This document shows positions 10,421-19,936 of a stretch of DNA of 64,000 nucleotides, one piece after another. How positions within the stretch are numbered: position 1 is the first letter of the stretch; the number at the start of each line of letters is the position of its first letter. The stretch covers positions 1 to 64,000 of the forward strand of contig BTVY01000031.1 of NCBI GenBank assembly GCA_045863335.1. Direction: 5' to 3'. The stretch comes from Candidatus Hydrogenedentota bacterium (GTDB lineage Bacteria > Hydrogenedentota > Hydrogenedentia > Hydrogenedentales > SLHB01). A program made the translations under genes and the position numbers. The notes under the pieces were generated by a model. That model was given only the letters and a program-made list of their open reading frames with translations. It had not been told where the DNA came from and ran no database searches.

Positions 10421-12418
10421 ATGATGCAGCTTGTCGCACTACTCGTAATCGCCGCGGCGGGGGAGGGGGCCGCCCAATCCACAGCCGACTGGCCGGCCCA
10501 TGCCTTCTTCGGGTTGCATTACGATCTCCATCCCAACGCCAACGACACCGAACTTGGCCGGGAGACCACCTACGAACACATCCGCGCGGAGCTGGAAAAG
10601 GTCCAACCGGATTTCGTCCAGTACGACTGCAAGGGCCATCCCGGCTATTCGGGCTACCCCACCGAAATCGGCTCGCCGTCCCCCGGCATCGTCAACGACG
10701 CATTGCGAGTCTGGCGCGACGTGACCCGCGATATGGGCATCCCCCTGTCCATCCATTTTTCCGGCGTCTGGGATACCCGCGCCATCGAGTTGCACCCGGA
10801 ATGGGCGCGCATCGCGCCGGACGGCACGCCCAACCCGAACAACACAGACCCGCTCAGCGACTACACGGAATCCCTCATGATTCCGCAGCTCATCGAAGTC
10901 GTCACGAAATATGACCTCGATGGTGTCTGGATCGATGGCGAGAACTGGGCCAGCCAACCCTCCTGGAGCGAGCGCTGCATGGCCGAGTTCACGCACCGGA
11001 CCGGCATCGAGGAGATCCCGCGCAGCGAAGGCGACCCGCACTGGTTCGAATGGCTCGCGTTCCAGCGCGACCTCTTCACGGAACACGTCACGAAATACGC
11101 CAAGGCCCTCCACGAAGCCAAACCCGATGTGGCGGTCTGCAGCAATTGGATGTACAGCGTCCGCCAGCCGGAACCCGTCGTTGCGCCGGTCGATTACCTC
11201 AGCGGCGACTTCGATCCCTCCTTCGGCGCGGAACGGGCCTGTGCCGAGTCGCGGTTTCTCGCGAGCCGCGGCATGCCGTGGAACCTCATGGCCTGGTCCT
11301 TCCTGCGCACCGGCAATGAACAGTGGACGATGAAGACCGTCCCCCATCTGTGCCAGGAGATCGCCGTGTCGATCGCCCAAGGCGGCGCGGTGTTCATCTA
11401 CAACCAGCCGCAACGGTCGGGACGCCTTACGGGATGGCATCAGGATATCCTCGCCGGCGTCGCGGATTTCTGCCGCAAGCGCGAGGAATTCTCCTTCCAG
11501 ACCGAGACCATCCCGCAGGTCGCGTTGTTGCACAGCGAATCCTTCTACTACCGCCACAACGATCCGCTCTTCAACTTCCGCTCCGCCAACCACCCCATGG
11601 AAGGCGCGCTTCACGGCCTGCTCGAAAACGGATACTCCGTGGATATCCTCAACGAAGAAATGCTGCTCAAGCGCTTGGGCCAGTATCCGGTCGTAGTCAT
11701 CGCGGAGCAGGAAGGATTGCCGGAGAACGTAAAGTCCGCCGTGGCCGAGTACGTCCAAAAGGGTGGCCGTCTGCTCGTATCGGGCGCTACGGCCGCTGCC
11801 GAGTTCCCCGAACTCTCGGGCTGCGCTCCCGTCGAGGGACAACAACACGGCAATGCTTACGTCCCCGCAGGCAATGGGTGCGTCGTCGTGTCCGGACCCT
11901 GGCAGCAGGTGACAACGAACGGCGCCGAGGAAATTGCCCCGCTCTTGAACCAGCAGGAGCCAGGTCTTAACCAGATCGGTACCCCCGCCGCGACGCGCAA
12001 TCGGGTGGGGGACGGCGTCGTGGTCACCATCCATGGCCCCGTCTTCCGCGCGTATCATGCGGCACACTATCCCATCCTGCGCCGGTTCATCGGCGACTGC
12101 TTCGCGTCGCTCGATGCAGAAGGACTGGCCCATGTGGAAGGCCCGTCCTGGATTGAGATGTCCGCGCGCGCGAAAGGGGAGCGGAGGCTTTATCAGCTCG
12201 TGAATCGCTCCAACGCGGGACATACCGCCCCCAACCGCCACATGGTCGAGCACGTCGCCGACTCGGGACCCTTCAGCGTCACCATCCCCGTCGAAGAGAA
12301 ACCCGCGCGATGCTACCTCGCCCCCGACGAAGAAGGCCTGGACTGGACCTACAAAGACGGAACCCTGACCGCCCAAATCGCGGGCCTGAACATCCACAAC
12401 GTCCTCGTGATTGAATAA
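10421..12418 (+). CDS. Glycoside hydrolase, GHL6/GH151-like (putative alpha-L-fucosidase) with beta-galactosidase trimerisation-like domain
   Basis: GGGGAG SD and signal peptide at 10421; GLHYDLH, VQYDCKGHPGYSGYPT, DGVWIDGE; C-terminal YVQKGGRLLVSG GATase-like segment. Confidence 0.65.
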   Translation: MMQLVALLVIAAAGEGAAQSTADWPAHAFFGLHYDLHPNANDTELGRETTYEHIRAELEKVQPDFVQYDCKGHPGYSGYPTEIGSPSPGIVNDALRVWRDVTRDMGIPLSIHFSGVWDTRAIELHPEWARIAPDGTPNPNNTDPLSDYTESLMIPQLIEVVTKYDLDGVWIDGENWASQPSWSERCMAEFTHRTGIEEIPRSEGDPHWFEWLAFQRDLFTEHVTKYAKALHEAKPDVAVCSNWMYSVRQPEPVVAPVDYLSGDFDPSFGAERACAESRFLASRGMPWNLMAWSFLRTGNEQWTMKTVPHLCQEIAVSIAQGGAVFIYNQPQRSGRLTGWHQDILAGVADFCRKREEFSFQTETIPQVALLHSESFYYRHNDPLFNFRSANHPMEGALHGLLENGYSVDILNEEMLLKRLGQYPVVVIAEQEGLPENVKSAVAEYVQKGGRLLVSGATAAAEFPELSGCAPVEGQQHGNAYVPAGNGCVVVSGPWQQVTTNGAEEIAPLLNQQEPGLNQIGTPAATRNRVGDGVVVTIHGPVFRAYHAAHYPILRRFIGDCFASLDAEGLAHVEGPSWIEMSARAKGERRLYQLVNRSNAGHTAPNRHMVEHVADSGPFSVTIPVEEKPARCYLAPDEEGLDWTYKDGTLTAQIAGLNIHNVLVIE

Positions 12419-12453
12419 GCCGACCGCCGTTTCCAGCAGATTGTCGCTCTCTT

Positions 12454-12519
12454 AATCGCTATCGAAATCGAAATCGGGATCGAAACGGGAAATTGCTTTC
12501 GATCCCGATAGCGATTTCG
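12454..12519. repeat. Inverted hexamer (ATCGRR)n tract, same family as 8272-8533
   Basis: ATCGCTATCGAAATCGAAATCGGGATCGAAA ... TTTCGATCCCGATAGCGATTTCG. Confidence 0.65.
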
Positions 12520-12554
12520 GTCTTATCCTCCGTCTACTCAGATCCAAAAAAATA

Positions 12555-12585
12555 CTTGCACTACAGACAAGTTTGTGATACAAAC
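12555..12585 (+). promoter_or_regulatory. Putative operator overlapping the promoter of the membrane protein-wHTH operon
   Basis: Palindrome GTTTGT-GAT-ACAAAC (12571-12585) preceded by a degenerate copy containing TTGCAC (-35-like, 12556-12561). Confidence 0.5.
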
Positions 12586-12616
12586 AATATATCAGGCAGG
12601 TGTCGGGAGAACGAAT

Positions 12617-13363
12617 ATGACGCCAGAGCACCAGAAGCCGACCAACCCATCGGATTTCAGTCAACTCCACGAAACTATCCGCTGGGGAAGGACTTACGCG
12701 CAAAATCGCAGTCTGCCGGTCCTGGTTTATCTCATTGCCTACGGCGGCTTCTTTCTGCTCTTATTCGGGCTGGCCCGAGGCGGCGGCATCGCCGCCAAGG
12801 CCGGGTACCCCGTACTGGGCACCGTCGCAATGGTCGCCTTCTTCGTCGTGTACGTGCTGATGATGTACCTCGTGATGTCAAAACGCGGCCGGCGCTGGGT
12901 AGAGGCCCAGTTGCAGCGTCCGTACGCCAGGGAAGGCTCCGCGCGAATCGACTCTTACCGGAAGCAGAAGTATGCCCGGGTGGGCTACATCGTCGGCGCG
13001 GTCTTTGGCGCGTGTGTCGTGGGCGAAGTACTGCTCGGACTTCTCGGCTACCTGCCAATAGCCCTCATGCAACCCGTGTCGGCCCTGTACTGCGTCCCAT
13101 TCATGGTCTTCCTGTGGTGGTGGCAACGCCCCGCCTCGACCTGGGTCATGCTGCTCTGGCCGGTCCTGTACGCCGTCCACGCCCTGCTCCTGGTTAGCGG
13201 ACTCCCCATCCCAACCGAAGGCTCCTGGGCGATGTTTCATTCAGTCGGCGCCATCTGTGGCTACGGCATACTCGCCGCAGGCTTGTCCCACCTTTACAGC
13301 CGGTACGCCTTGCGCCGCTTACAGCGCATCTCGCACATCGACGCCGATGAGGAGATAGCGTAG
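12617..13363 (+). CDS. Hypothetical integral membrane protein
   Basis: GGGAGA SD, ATG 12617; about 6-7 hydrophobic segments; 2 nt from the regulator gene. Confidence 0.75.
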   Translation: MTPEHQKPTNPSDFSQLHETIRWGRTYAQNRSLPVLVYLIAYGGFFLLLFGLARGGGIAAKAGYPVLGTVAMVAFFVVYVLMMYLVMSKRGRRWVEAQLQRPYAREGSARIDSYRKQKYARVGYIVGAVFGACVVGEVLLGLLGYLPIALMQPVSALYCVPFMVFLWWWQRPASTWVMLLWPVLYAVHALLLVSGLPIPTEGSWAMFHSVGAICGYGILAAGLSHLYSRYALRRLQRISHIDADEEIA

Positions 13364-13365
13364 CC

Positions 13366-13695
13366 GTGGCGGGTCTGGACAAAACCCTCCACGAACCCGC
13401 CCGGTTGCGCATCGCCATGGTACTCTCCGGTATCGACGTGGCAGACTTTAACTTCTTGCTCACGGCCTTGGGGCTCACCCGGGGCAACCTGTCGTCCCAC
13501 ATGGACCGCCTCGAAAAAGCCGGCTACGTTGCCATCGACAAGGGGTATAATGGAAAGATCCCCCGTACGGAATACCGCTTAACAGAAGAAGGCCGTGCGG
13601 CATTAGCGGATTACTGGAAAGCCATGGACCATATCCGGGAAATTTCCGGCAATTCGATGGCCGGGCGCAGGGCTGAAGCCGTATCGGAAAACTGA
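13366..13695 (+). CDS. Winged-helix transcriptional regulator (HTH_34, ArsR/MarR-like)
   Basis: LDKTLHEPARLRI...LGLTRGNLSSHMDRLEKAGYV..K......PRTEYRLTEEGR. Confidence 0.9.
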   Translation: MAGLDKTLHEPARLRIAMVLSGIDVADFNFLLTALGLTRGNLSSHMDRLEKAGYVAIDKGYNGKIPRTEYRLTEEGRAALADYWKAMDHIREISGNSMAGRRAEAVSEN

Positions 13696-13905
13696 TCGTA
13701 TCGGCATTATCAATTGAATGTCTGGGTGGCTTTGAGAGGGTCTATTCACGTTCGATTGCCCTCGTTGTTTCCGGACATTGGCTACAAGTCAGAATGCGCG
13801 TACAGAGTTTGGTGCGGTGGAGGAGGCGTTTGCCGTGAAACCGTACGTCGCCTTAGTAATACTCGCCGTTTGTCGGTTCTATCGAGCAGAAGGAAGGTGC
13901 ATATC

Positions 13906-14901
13906 ATGCGAAACCGTATTGCGTATCTCACATCGGCACTCTGCGTGGGGTTTGCAGCAGCGTTAGTCATGGTGTTGCTGAAGCTGGGTGACGCGCAATC
14001 CAAAATCAAGCACTTGGAAGCGGAAGTTCGGCGACTCCAGGACTTCATTGAGGGAGATGGGGTTTACAAAGACTTTGGAACGGTGCCTGTCGACGTGATT
14101 AAAGCTGAAATTGAGAAGCGTAACGCGGCTGAAGCGCAAGTCGCTGAACTTGTAGCGGCTCTCGAATCGGCCCAGTCGAAGTTGGCGAAGGTTTTGAAAG
14201 CCGAAGAGGTCCCGGAATCTGAAGAAGACGGGCACGATGCTACCCCACCCTTCTTGCGAATGTTTGAGGATGACGAGGCCATCGTGGCCAGCGCGAAGAT
14301 GCAGGTGGGCATGCAGTACGGAATGCTATTGGCCGATTTGAAACTCCCCGCCGAGGTCGAGGACGAAGTGCGCGAGATCCTCGCAGGTTCCATAGCGGAG
14401 CAACTTCGAAAGACCATGAAGGCCATGCAGGACGGCACGATGAAAGACTTCCGGGCCAACCAGTCAGACGAAGCAGTTACCGAAGCCCTGCGCACCGAAC
14501 TGAGTACCGTGCTGAATGCGGAGGAAATGGCGATTTGGGAAGACTACGAAGCGAATAAGGGCTACTACATGCTCGAGCAAAGCTACGACATGCAATTGGG
14601 CATGTACGCGCCAACCATGTCGCGCGAAACCCGCGACACGGTGAAACAGGTCTTGGCGGAAGAGATGACCGTTTCGCAGCAGGATCAACCCAATTCAGGT
14701 GATTCGAACCCCAATGATTGGGTGGCCACGCAGTCCGATGCCATGAACCGCGGCCTGGAGCGGCTATCCACCGTGCTGACCGAGGACGAGTACGCGCAAG
14801 TCGAGCGATTCATCGAGCAGCAGAACGAGAATCTGCGCGCCTCACAACGCATGATGCAATCCATGATGGGCAACGATGGGGACGACGGCTCCGATTCGTG
14901 A
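13906..14901 (+). CDS. Hypothetical membrane-anchored coiled-coil protein
   Basis: AGGAAGG SD before ATG 13906; N-terminal TM segment then acidic helical sequence. Confidence 0.7.
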   Translation: MRNRIAYLTSALCVGFAAALVMVLLKLGDAQSKIKHLEAEVRRLQDFIEGDGVYKDFGTVPVDVIKAEIEKRNAAEAQVAELVAALESAQSKLAKVLKAEEVPESEEDGHDATPPFLRMFEDDEAIVASAKMQVGMQYGMLLADLKLPAEVEDEVREILAGSIAEQLRKTMKAMQDGTMKDFRANQSDEAVTEALRTELSTVLNAEEMAIWEDYEANKGYYMLEQSYDMQLGMYAPTMSRETRDTVKQVLAEEMTVSQQDQPNSGDSNPNDWVATQSDAMNRGLERLSTVLTEDEYAQVERFIEQQNENLRASQRMMQSMMGNDGDDGSDS

Positions 14902-14908
14902 AGTATGG

Positions 14909-14937
14909 TTGACCGCCAATTCGTGATTCCGTATACT
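14909..14937 (+). promoter_or_regulatory. Sigma70-type promoter of bioY (near-leaderless)
   Basis: TTGACC-17 nt-TATACT, ending 10 nt before the ATG, no SD. Confidence 0.6.
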
Positions 14938-14947
14938 CCCGCCCACT

Positions 14948-15475
14948 ATGAAAAACGTACACGCACATCTTCTGCAAAATGTCCGGACCACGGACTCGTG
15001 GGCCGTGGCTTGTCTCGAAGCGACCGCCGTCGCGGGCGTCATTATGTTGTCTGCGCTGGTCAAGCTCCCCCTCCCCTGGACGCCCGTACCGGTGACGCTC
15101 CAGACCTTGCCGGTTCTTGCGGCCGCGTATGTCGTCGGTAGGGATCGGGCCATGGCGGGAATCCTGTTGTACCTCGCGCTGGGCATCGCGGGCGCCCCGC
15201 TCTTCGCCGTCCCGTTTGGCGCGACGATGGGATACTTGCTGGCCTTTGCCTTCGCCCCGTACGTGACGACGGCATTCAAACGGCCTGCCGTAGGCATGGT
15301 GGCAGCCATCGCCGCGATCTATGCCGTTGGCACGGCGTGGTTGTGTCTTTGGGCGGGCATCGGGCTTTGGACGGGCCTGCTCATGGGCGTCTTGCCCTTC
15401 ATTCCGGCCGATGCCGTGAAAGTGGGCATGGCCTATCTCGTCGCGCGGCGCGCGCAACCCGCGAAATCGATCTGA
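14948..15475 (+). CDS. bioY: Biotin transporter BioY
   Basis: LPWTPVPVTLQT, YLALGIAGAPLFA, GATMGYLLAF, GVLPFIPADAVK. Confidence 0.85.
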   Translation: MKNVHAHLLQNVRTTDSWAVACLEATAVAGVIMLSALVKLPLPWTPVPVTLQTLPVLAAAYVVGRDRAMAGILLYLALGIAGAPLFAVPFGATMGYLLAFAFAPYVTTAFKRPAVGMVAAIAAIYAVGTAWLCLWAGIGLWTGLLMGVLPFIPADAVKVGMAYLVARRAQPAKSI

Positions 15476-15510
15476 CGGATCGGTCCGATCAGTCAGATCG
15501 GTCCGATTGG
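15472..15510. repeat. 9-bp-period GATC-containing repeat (family with 17497-17539 and 46231-46260)
   Basis: GACGGATCGGTCCGATCAGTCAGATCGGTCCGATTGG between convergent genes. Confidence 0.6.
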
Positions 15511-15547
15511 AAAACGACCAGCCCAAATCGAGGCCGTTCCTTGATGC

Positions 15548-16576
15548 CTATGCCAGTTCCACAGTCCTTCCCTCGCGCGCGGAATCGTATACAGCCTGAA
15601 TCACCTGCATGTACTTCATCCCATCGAAGAAGTTCGGGTGATACTCCTTGCCCTCGCGGATGGCATCGATGAAGTCGCGTTCCACGGGCCAGTTGGCGAT
15701 GTCGTAGTCATTGTCCGTGCCCAACGTGGCGCTGCCCATGCGTTCGCCGGGCCCCGCACCGTACAGCACGTCCTCGTTCACCTCGTATTGTAGCGTCCAG
15801 TCGCTTCCGTGGATCGCGACATGGTCGGTGCCGTGATGGACCGCCGCGCTGATGACGTACTGCACCGGAATGCCGTTCTCAAGTTCCGTGTTGAAAAGAA
15901 TCTGATCCGGAATTTCCACCGCCACGCGTTCTCCGCTCGTATCCGTTCGTTCCTTCACGAACGTCTGCGTCATCGCACTTACCGTTTTGGTCCAGCCGAA
16001 CCAACGATGGATGACTTCGATATACATGCCCAAAGTAAACGCGTTTAGCCCCGAAAGCCGGTGATCCTTTCGCCACGTCATGGGCGTGCCGCGATCGGCG
16101 AATACGCCGGACATGCTCTGCACCCGCACCAGCCGCACTTCGCCCAGTCGGCCACTATTCACGTAGCGGAGGATGGTGGAATCCTTCGTCAATCCAATGG
16201 GAACGGGACACACCATGGCAACACGTCCGGATTTCCGCGCGGCCTCGTGCATCTCCTTCGCCTGCGGATAGTCCATGGCCATGCGCGCCTGACAGAACAC
16301 GTGCTTGCCCGCTTCGAGCGCCGCGATGGACATGTCGCGATGCGTGTAGGGCCACGTGCCGATGAACACGGCATCGACGTCGTCCCGCGCAATCACGTCT
16401 TCCCACCGGTCGCACACGTTCGGGATTTCAAACTCCGCCGCCGCACGTTCGCTGGATTCCCGCGTGCGATTTGCGACGGCCACGATCTCCACGCCAGGAA
16501 TCCGGCGCAGACCCGGCAGATGCCGATCGCGACAGATGCCGCCCAACCCGATGAAACCGACCCGAACTCGATCCAT
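15548..16576 (-). CDS. Gfo/Idh/MocA family oxidoreductase
   Basis: RVGFIGLGGI Rossmann motif; DVDAVFIGTWPYTH, ALEAGKHVFCQARMA. Confidence 0.9.
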   Translation of the reverse strand: MDRVRVGFIGLGGICRDRHLPGLRRIPGVEIVAVANRTRESSERAAAEFEIPNVCDRWEDVIARDDVDAVFIGTWPYTHRDMSIAALEAGKHVFCQARMAMDYPQAKEMHEAARKSGRVAMVCPVPIGLTKDSTILRYVNSGRLGEVRLVRVQSMSGVFADRGTPMTWRKDHRLSGLNAFTLGMYIEVIHRWFGWTKTVSAMTQTFVKERTDTSGERVAVEIPDQILFNTELENGIPVQYVISAAVHHGTDHVAIHGSDWTLQYEVNEDVLYGAGPGERMGSATLGTDNDYDIANWPVERDFIDAIREGKEYHPNFFDGMKYMQVIQAVYDSAREGRTVELA

Positions 16577-16585
16577 GACGATGAC

Positions 16586-17401
16586 CTATCCTTCTTGGTT
16601 CCCGCGTTTCGACCAGAGGAATGCCTGCAACTGCGCAAGGTTATCGGTGTTGATGAGATCGACTCCGCCCGCCAACAGGGCGTCCCACAAGTCCTCACGC
16701 GGCGGAATCCCCCAGAAGCGCACGATGCAACCTGCCGTATGTGCCTTGGTAGTGATTTCCTGCAGCTTGCGCCGTGCATCGTCCGGCATCGTGCCCGTCC
16801 CAAACCAGTCGAAGTGACTGCGCCAGTTGTCGCTAATCAACGGCATCAGGTGCGGGTTCACTTCACCAGCGAGATCGGAAACGCGTCCATCAATGCCCAC
16901 AACACGCTCAGTCTCCGCCGCGACCACGTCGATGGGCCGGTCGCCGGAGAGAATGACCGTCACCGCGCCTTTCGTGGTGCTGTCCGCCGTAAACGAGGTC
17001 AGCATTTCCGCATACTCCGACAAGACCCCGCGAAGAACGTCGTAGGTCGCCGCACCGTCCTCCTTGATATCCACGAGCAGGATAAATTCGGGACCATCGG
17101 GATAAACCCGACCGCCGTTTGCTTTGACGCGCGCCAGCAACGGGTCAAGGTACAAGGCCTGAAGCGTGCGCTCCGGCTGGACATCTTCCCGGTCGTGTGC
17201 GACCAAGAGTTCGCCGTCCACCAGGAAGATGTCCGCCTCCACGCTACAGAATCCGTGGTCCAGGGCGTCCAGCAAAGGCCGCTCATGATTGTAATCGTTG
17301 TGGGCATGCGCGTGGGGAAGGGGAGTGACCGCATTCTGGCCCGAAGCCGAACATGCCAACACGAGCGACAAGGCCATGGGAAAAAACAGACGGTTCATCA
17401 C
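16586..17401 (-). CDS. PI-PLC/glycerophosphodiester phosphodiesterase-like protein (Aim6-like)
   Basis: Signal peptide; HAHAHNDY, GFCSVEADIFL, LLVDIK, GVDLINTD. Confidence 0.8.
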   Translation of the reverse strand: MMNRLFFPMALSLVLACSASGQNAVTPLPHAHAHNDYNHERPLLDALDHGFCSVEADIFLVDGELLVAHDREDVQPERTLQALYLDPLLARVKANGGRVYPDGPEFILLVDIKEDGAATYDVLRGVLSEYAEMLTSFTADSTTKGAVTVILSGDRPIDVVAAETERVVGIDGRVSDLAGEVNPHLMPLISDNWRSHFDWFGTGTMPDDARRKLQEITTKAHTAGCIVRFWGIPPREDLWDALLAGGVDLINTDNLAQLQAFLWSKRGNQEG

Positions 17402-17496
17402 CTGGTGAAATCTCCTTGCGAATCGTAAGGCTACGGCAAACCCGATTCGCTGTCAAACCGCAGCCACTCCCGTCGGCGAATTGGCCAAAAAACAAC

Positions 17497-17539
17497 CGGA
17501 CCGATCGGACGGATCAGTCTGATCCGTCCGATCGGTCCG
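17497..17539 (-). terminator. Perfect 21-bp-arm palindrome built of 9-mer repeats, likely terminator for pfp
   Basis: CGGACCGATCGGACGGATCAG-T-CTGATCCGTCCGATCGGTCCG, followed on the - strand by GTTGTTTTTT. Confidence 0.65.
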
Positions 17540-17571
17540 CAAAAAGATAAGCGAAACTCTTGGTGCCGGCG

Positions 17572-18783
17572 TTACTTCTTCAACACCTTCGCGACCGACG
17601 GCGCGGCGATGCGCTCCATGACCGGCATGGGGCCTACCAGCGGGCGCACGTAGTTCTTGAAGGCTTCGGTCACGCCGTTGCCGTCCGCATTGAGAAACTC
17701 GTCCGGCATTTCGGTGGCTTCGCGTGCGACATCCTTCAGCGGTGCCAGGAAGTATTCGACAGCATAGTCGCCGATGCGGCGGATGCAGACCGATCCGTCA
17801 AGGTTGTGCCAGATCGCGTACTGCGCGGCCTTCTCGCCGACTTCGCGGGCTTCACTCTGATCGACGGAACTCACGCAGCCCAGAAAACTGCGCTGAAGAT
17901 ATCCAAGCGTGTCAGCACGGACTCGCTTGATGTCAGTCCCTTCCTTGACCCAAGAGCTGAGCAGGTCGCCAAGGGCGCCGGTACCGGAGAGTTGTACGTT
18001 TCCATGGGAGTCCGTCTCTTTCGTGAACTCCGCCGCGATCGCCTTTCCGCTCGGGCCCACGATCCCTTCCGACACCGCAACGATGCAGCGGCCGTACTTG
18101 TCATACGCAGTTTTCACGTCCGCGATGAACTTGTCCTTCGACACCGGCCGCTCCGGAACGTAGATGAGGTGCGGACCGTCGTCCGGATACTTCTTCGCGA
18201 GGCAGGACGCCGCAGTGAGGAATCCCGCATGCCGGCCCATCACCACGCCGATATACACGCCGGGCAGCGCGCGGTTATCGAGATTCACACCCGCAAACGC
18301 TTGCGCCACAAATTTCGCCGCGGAGCCGTAGCCCGGGCAATGGTCGGTGACCTTCAGGTCATTGTCGATGGTTTTCGGAATGTGAATCACGCGAAGCTCA
18401 TATCCGGCTTTCTCCGACTCCTCATTCACGATGCGGCAGGTGTCCGCGCTGTCGTTGCCGCCAATGTAGAAGAAGTAGCGGACGCCATGGGCCTTGCACA
18501 CCTGGAAGATTTCTTTGCAGTACTCCAGCGTCGGCTTGTCGCGCGTGGAAAGCAGACCGGACGACGGCGTCTGCGCGACAGCTTCGAGGTTGTGCGTCGT
18601 CGCCTCCGTCAAATCCCAAAAATCCTCGTTCACGATACCACGGATGCCGTGCTGAGCGCCGTAGACTCGGGTAACCTGGGGAAACTTGCGCGATTCCAGC
18701 ACCGCCCCGACAAAACTCTGATTGATGACCGCGGTAGGGCCGCCCCCTTGGGCCACCAGTACCTTCCCCTCCAACTTCGACAT
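17572..18783 (-). CDS. pfp: Phosphofructokinase, predicted pyrophosphate-dependent
   Basis: QGGGPTAVINQS, YIGGNDSAD (Asp at the PPi-specificity position), IPKTIDNDL, MGRHAGFL; start MSKLEG after GGAG SD. Confidence 0.85.
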   Translation of the reverse strand: MSKLEGKVLVAQGGGPTAVINQSFVGAVLESRKFPQVTRVYGAQHGIRGIVNEDFWDLTEATTHNLEAVAQTPSSGLLSTRDKPTLEYCKEIFQVCKAHGVRYFFYIGGNDSADTCRIVNEESEKAGYELRVIHIPKTIDNDLKVTDHCPGYGSAAKFVAQAFAGVNLDNRALPGVYIGVVMGRHAGFLTAASCLAKKYPDDGPHLIYVPERPVSKDKFIADVKTAYDKYGRCIVAVSEGIVGPSGKAIAAEFTKETDSHGNVQLSGTGALGDLLSSWVKEGTDIKRVRADTLGYLQRSFLGCVSSVDQSEAREVGEKAAQYAIWHNLDGSVCIRRIGDYAVEYFLAPLKDVAREATEMPDEFLNADGNGVTEAFKNYVRPLVGPMPVMERIAAPSVAKVLKK

Positions 18784-19222
18784 GGTCCGTTTCCTCCATC
18801 GGCTTTCGCCGTCGCTATCCGGGTATTCGAGGCGCCAGGCACATTTCCCCCGACGAATGAACACCGGCCTGGGATTGATTGCTTTTCAGCTCAATAGAAC
18901 CGGGCAAGAAAAAATCGGCTAATTATACACGGGATGGGAGTACCCTTTCCACGCGACGTACTGCGCAGCGTTCCATTCCCGATGCGCCGGGTCAAGCCGG
19001 TCCGCCGAAATGCCGATGAATGTGTTATAATTGACCATGTAATAAGAATATCGCGAATACCGACGCGAGTTGCGTTGGCACTGCAAGGAATTTCAGCGAT
19101 TGGGACTAAGCCGCGAAATCGCGGTGTTGACCAGGTGAAGCGCCGCAAACCGCGCCCGGCGTAGGCACAGCATGTCGGATGTTTCTCGCGGGGCGTTGGC
19201 GGCAGATTGGACTAGACGTACC

Positions 19223-19927
19223 ATGAAAGTCGAGATTCATTGCCACACCGATACCTACTCGCCCTGCTCCCGCATACCTCCGCGCGAACTCGTTGCGATG
19301 GCGGACGCGGCCGGCTATGACGCGATCTTCATTACCGACCACGGCAAGATTTGGTCCCCGGCCGAATTGGCCAGCTTGCATGAACTGAGCGACCGGCTGC
19401 GGGTGTTTCCGGGAATCGAAATCTCCTTCCCGAATGGACGCGATCTCCTGGTCCTCGGAGCCGACAGCCCCGTTTATGAGTCGCTCCAGACTCCCAGCGA
19501 GGTCTTTGCCCAAGCCTGTGCGGACGGCTACCTCACCGTAATCGCCCATCCCTACCGCTGGCACGACGACATGCCGGACTTTTTTACGCTGGCCGATGCC
19601 GCGGAGATCCTCACCTGCAACCATCCCGACGAGGATATGGCGACACGCGCCCGGGCTTACGTGGAAGAGCACCGCATGGCGGGGGTCTACTCGTCCGACG
19701 CCCACGGCCTGAACTTTATGAACAAGTTCTGGATCGAAACGGAAGAGTCCTTCGAAACCCCGCAGGAGTTCCGGCGTATCGTCGTCGCCGGACGTTACCA
19801 GAACCGGAGCCGGGAAATCGTCGAGCCCTTACCGCCCAACCACAAGGCCGCCGTCTTCGGCGAACTTTCCGAGGCGGACATGATGGCGCTCTACGTCCAG
19901 CCCACCCAGGAACCCACCAGCTTCTAA
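19223..19927 (+). CDS. PHP domain-containing metal-dependent phosphoesterase
   Basis: EIHCHT, ITDHG, PGIEIS, IAHPYR, SSDAHG motifs. Confidence 0.85.
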   Translation: MKVEIHCHTDTYSPCSRIPPRELVAMADAAGYDAIFITDHGKIWSPAELASLHELSDRLRVFPGIEISFPNGRDLLVLGADSPVYESLQTPSEVFAQACADGYLTVIAHPYRWHDDMPDFFTLADAAEILTCNHPDEDMATRARAYVEEHRMAGVYSSDAHGLNFMNKFWIETEESFETPQEFRRIVVAGRYQNRSREIVEPLPPNHKAAVFGELSEADMMALYVQPTQEPTSF

Positions 19928-19936
19928 CCTTGACCT

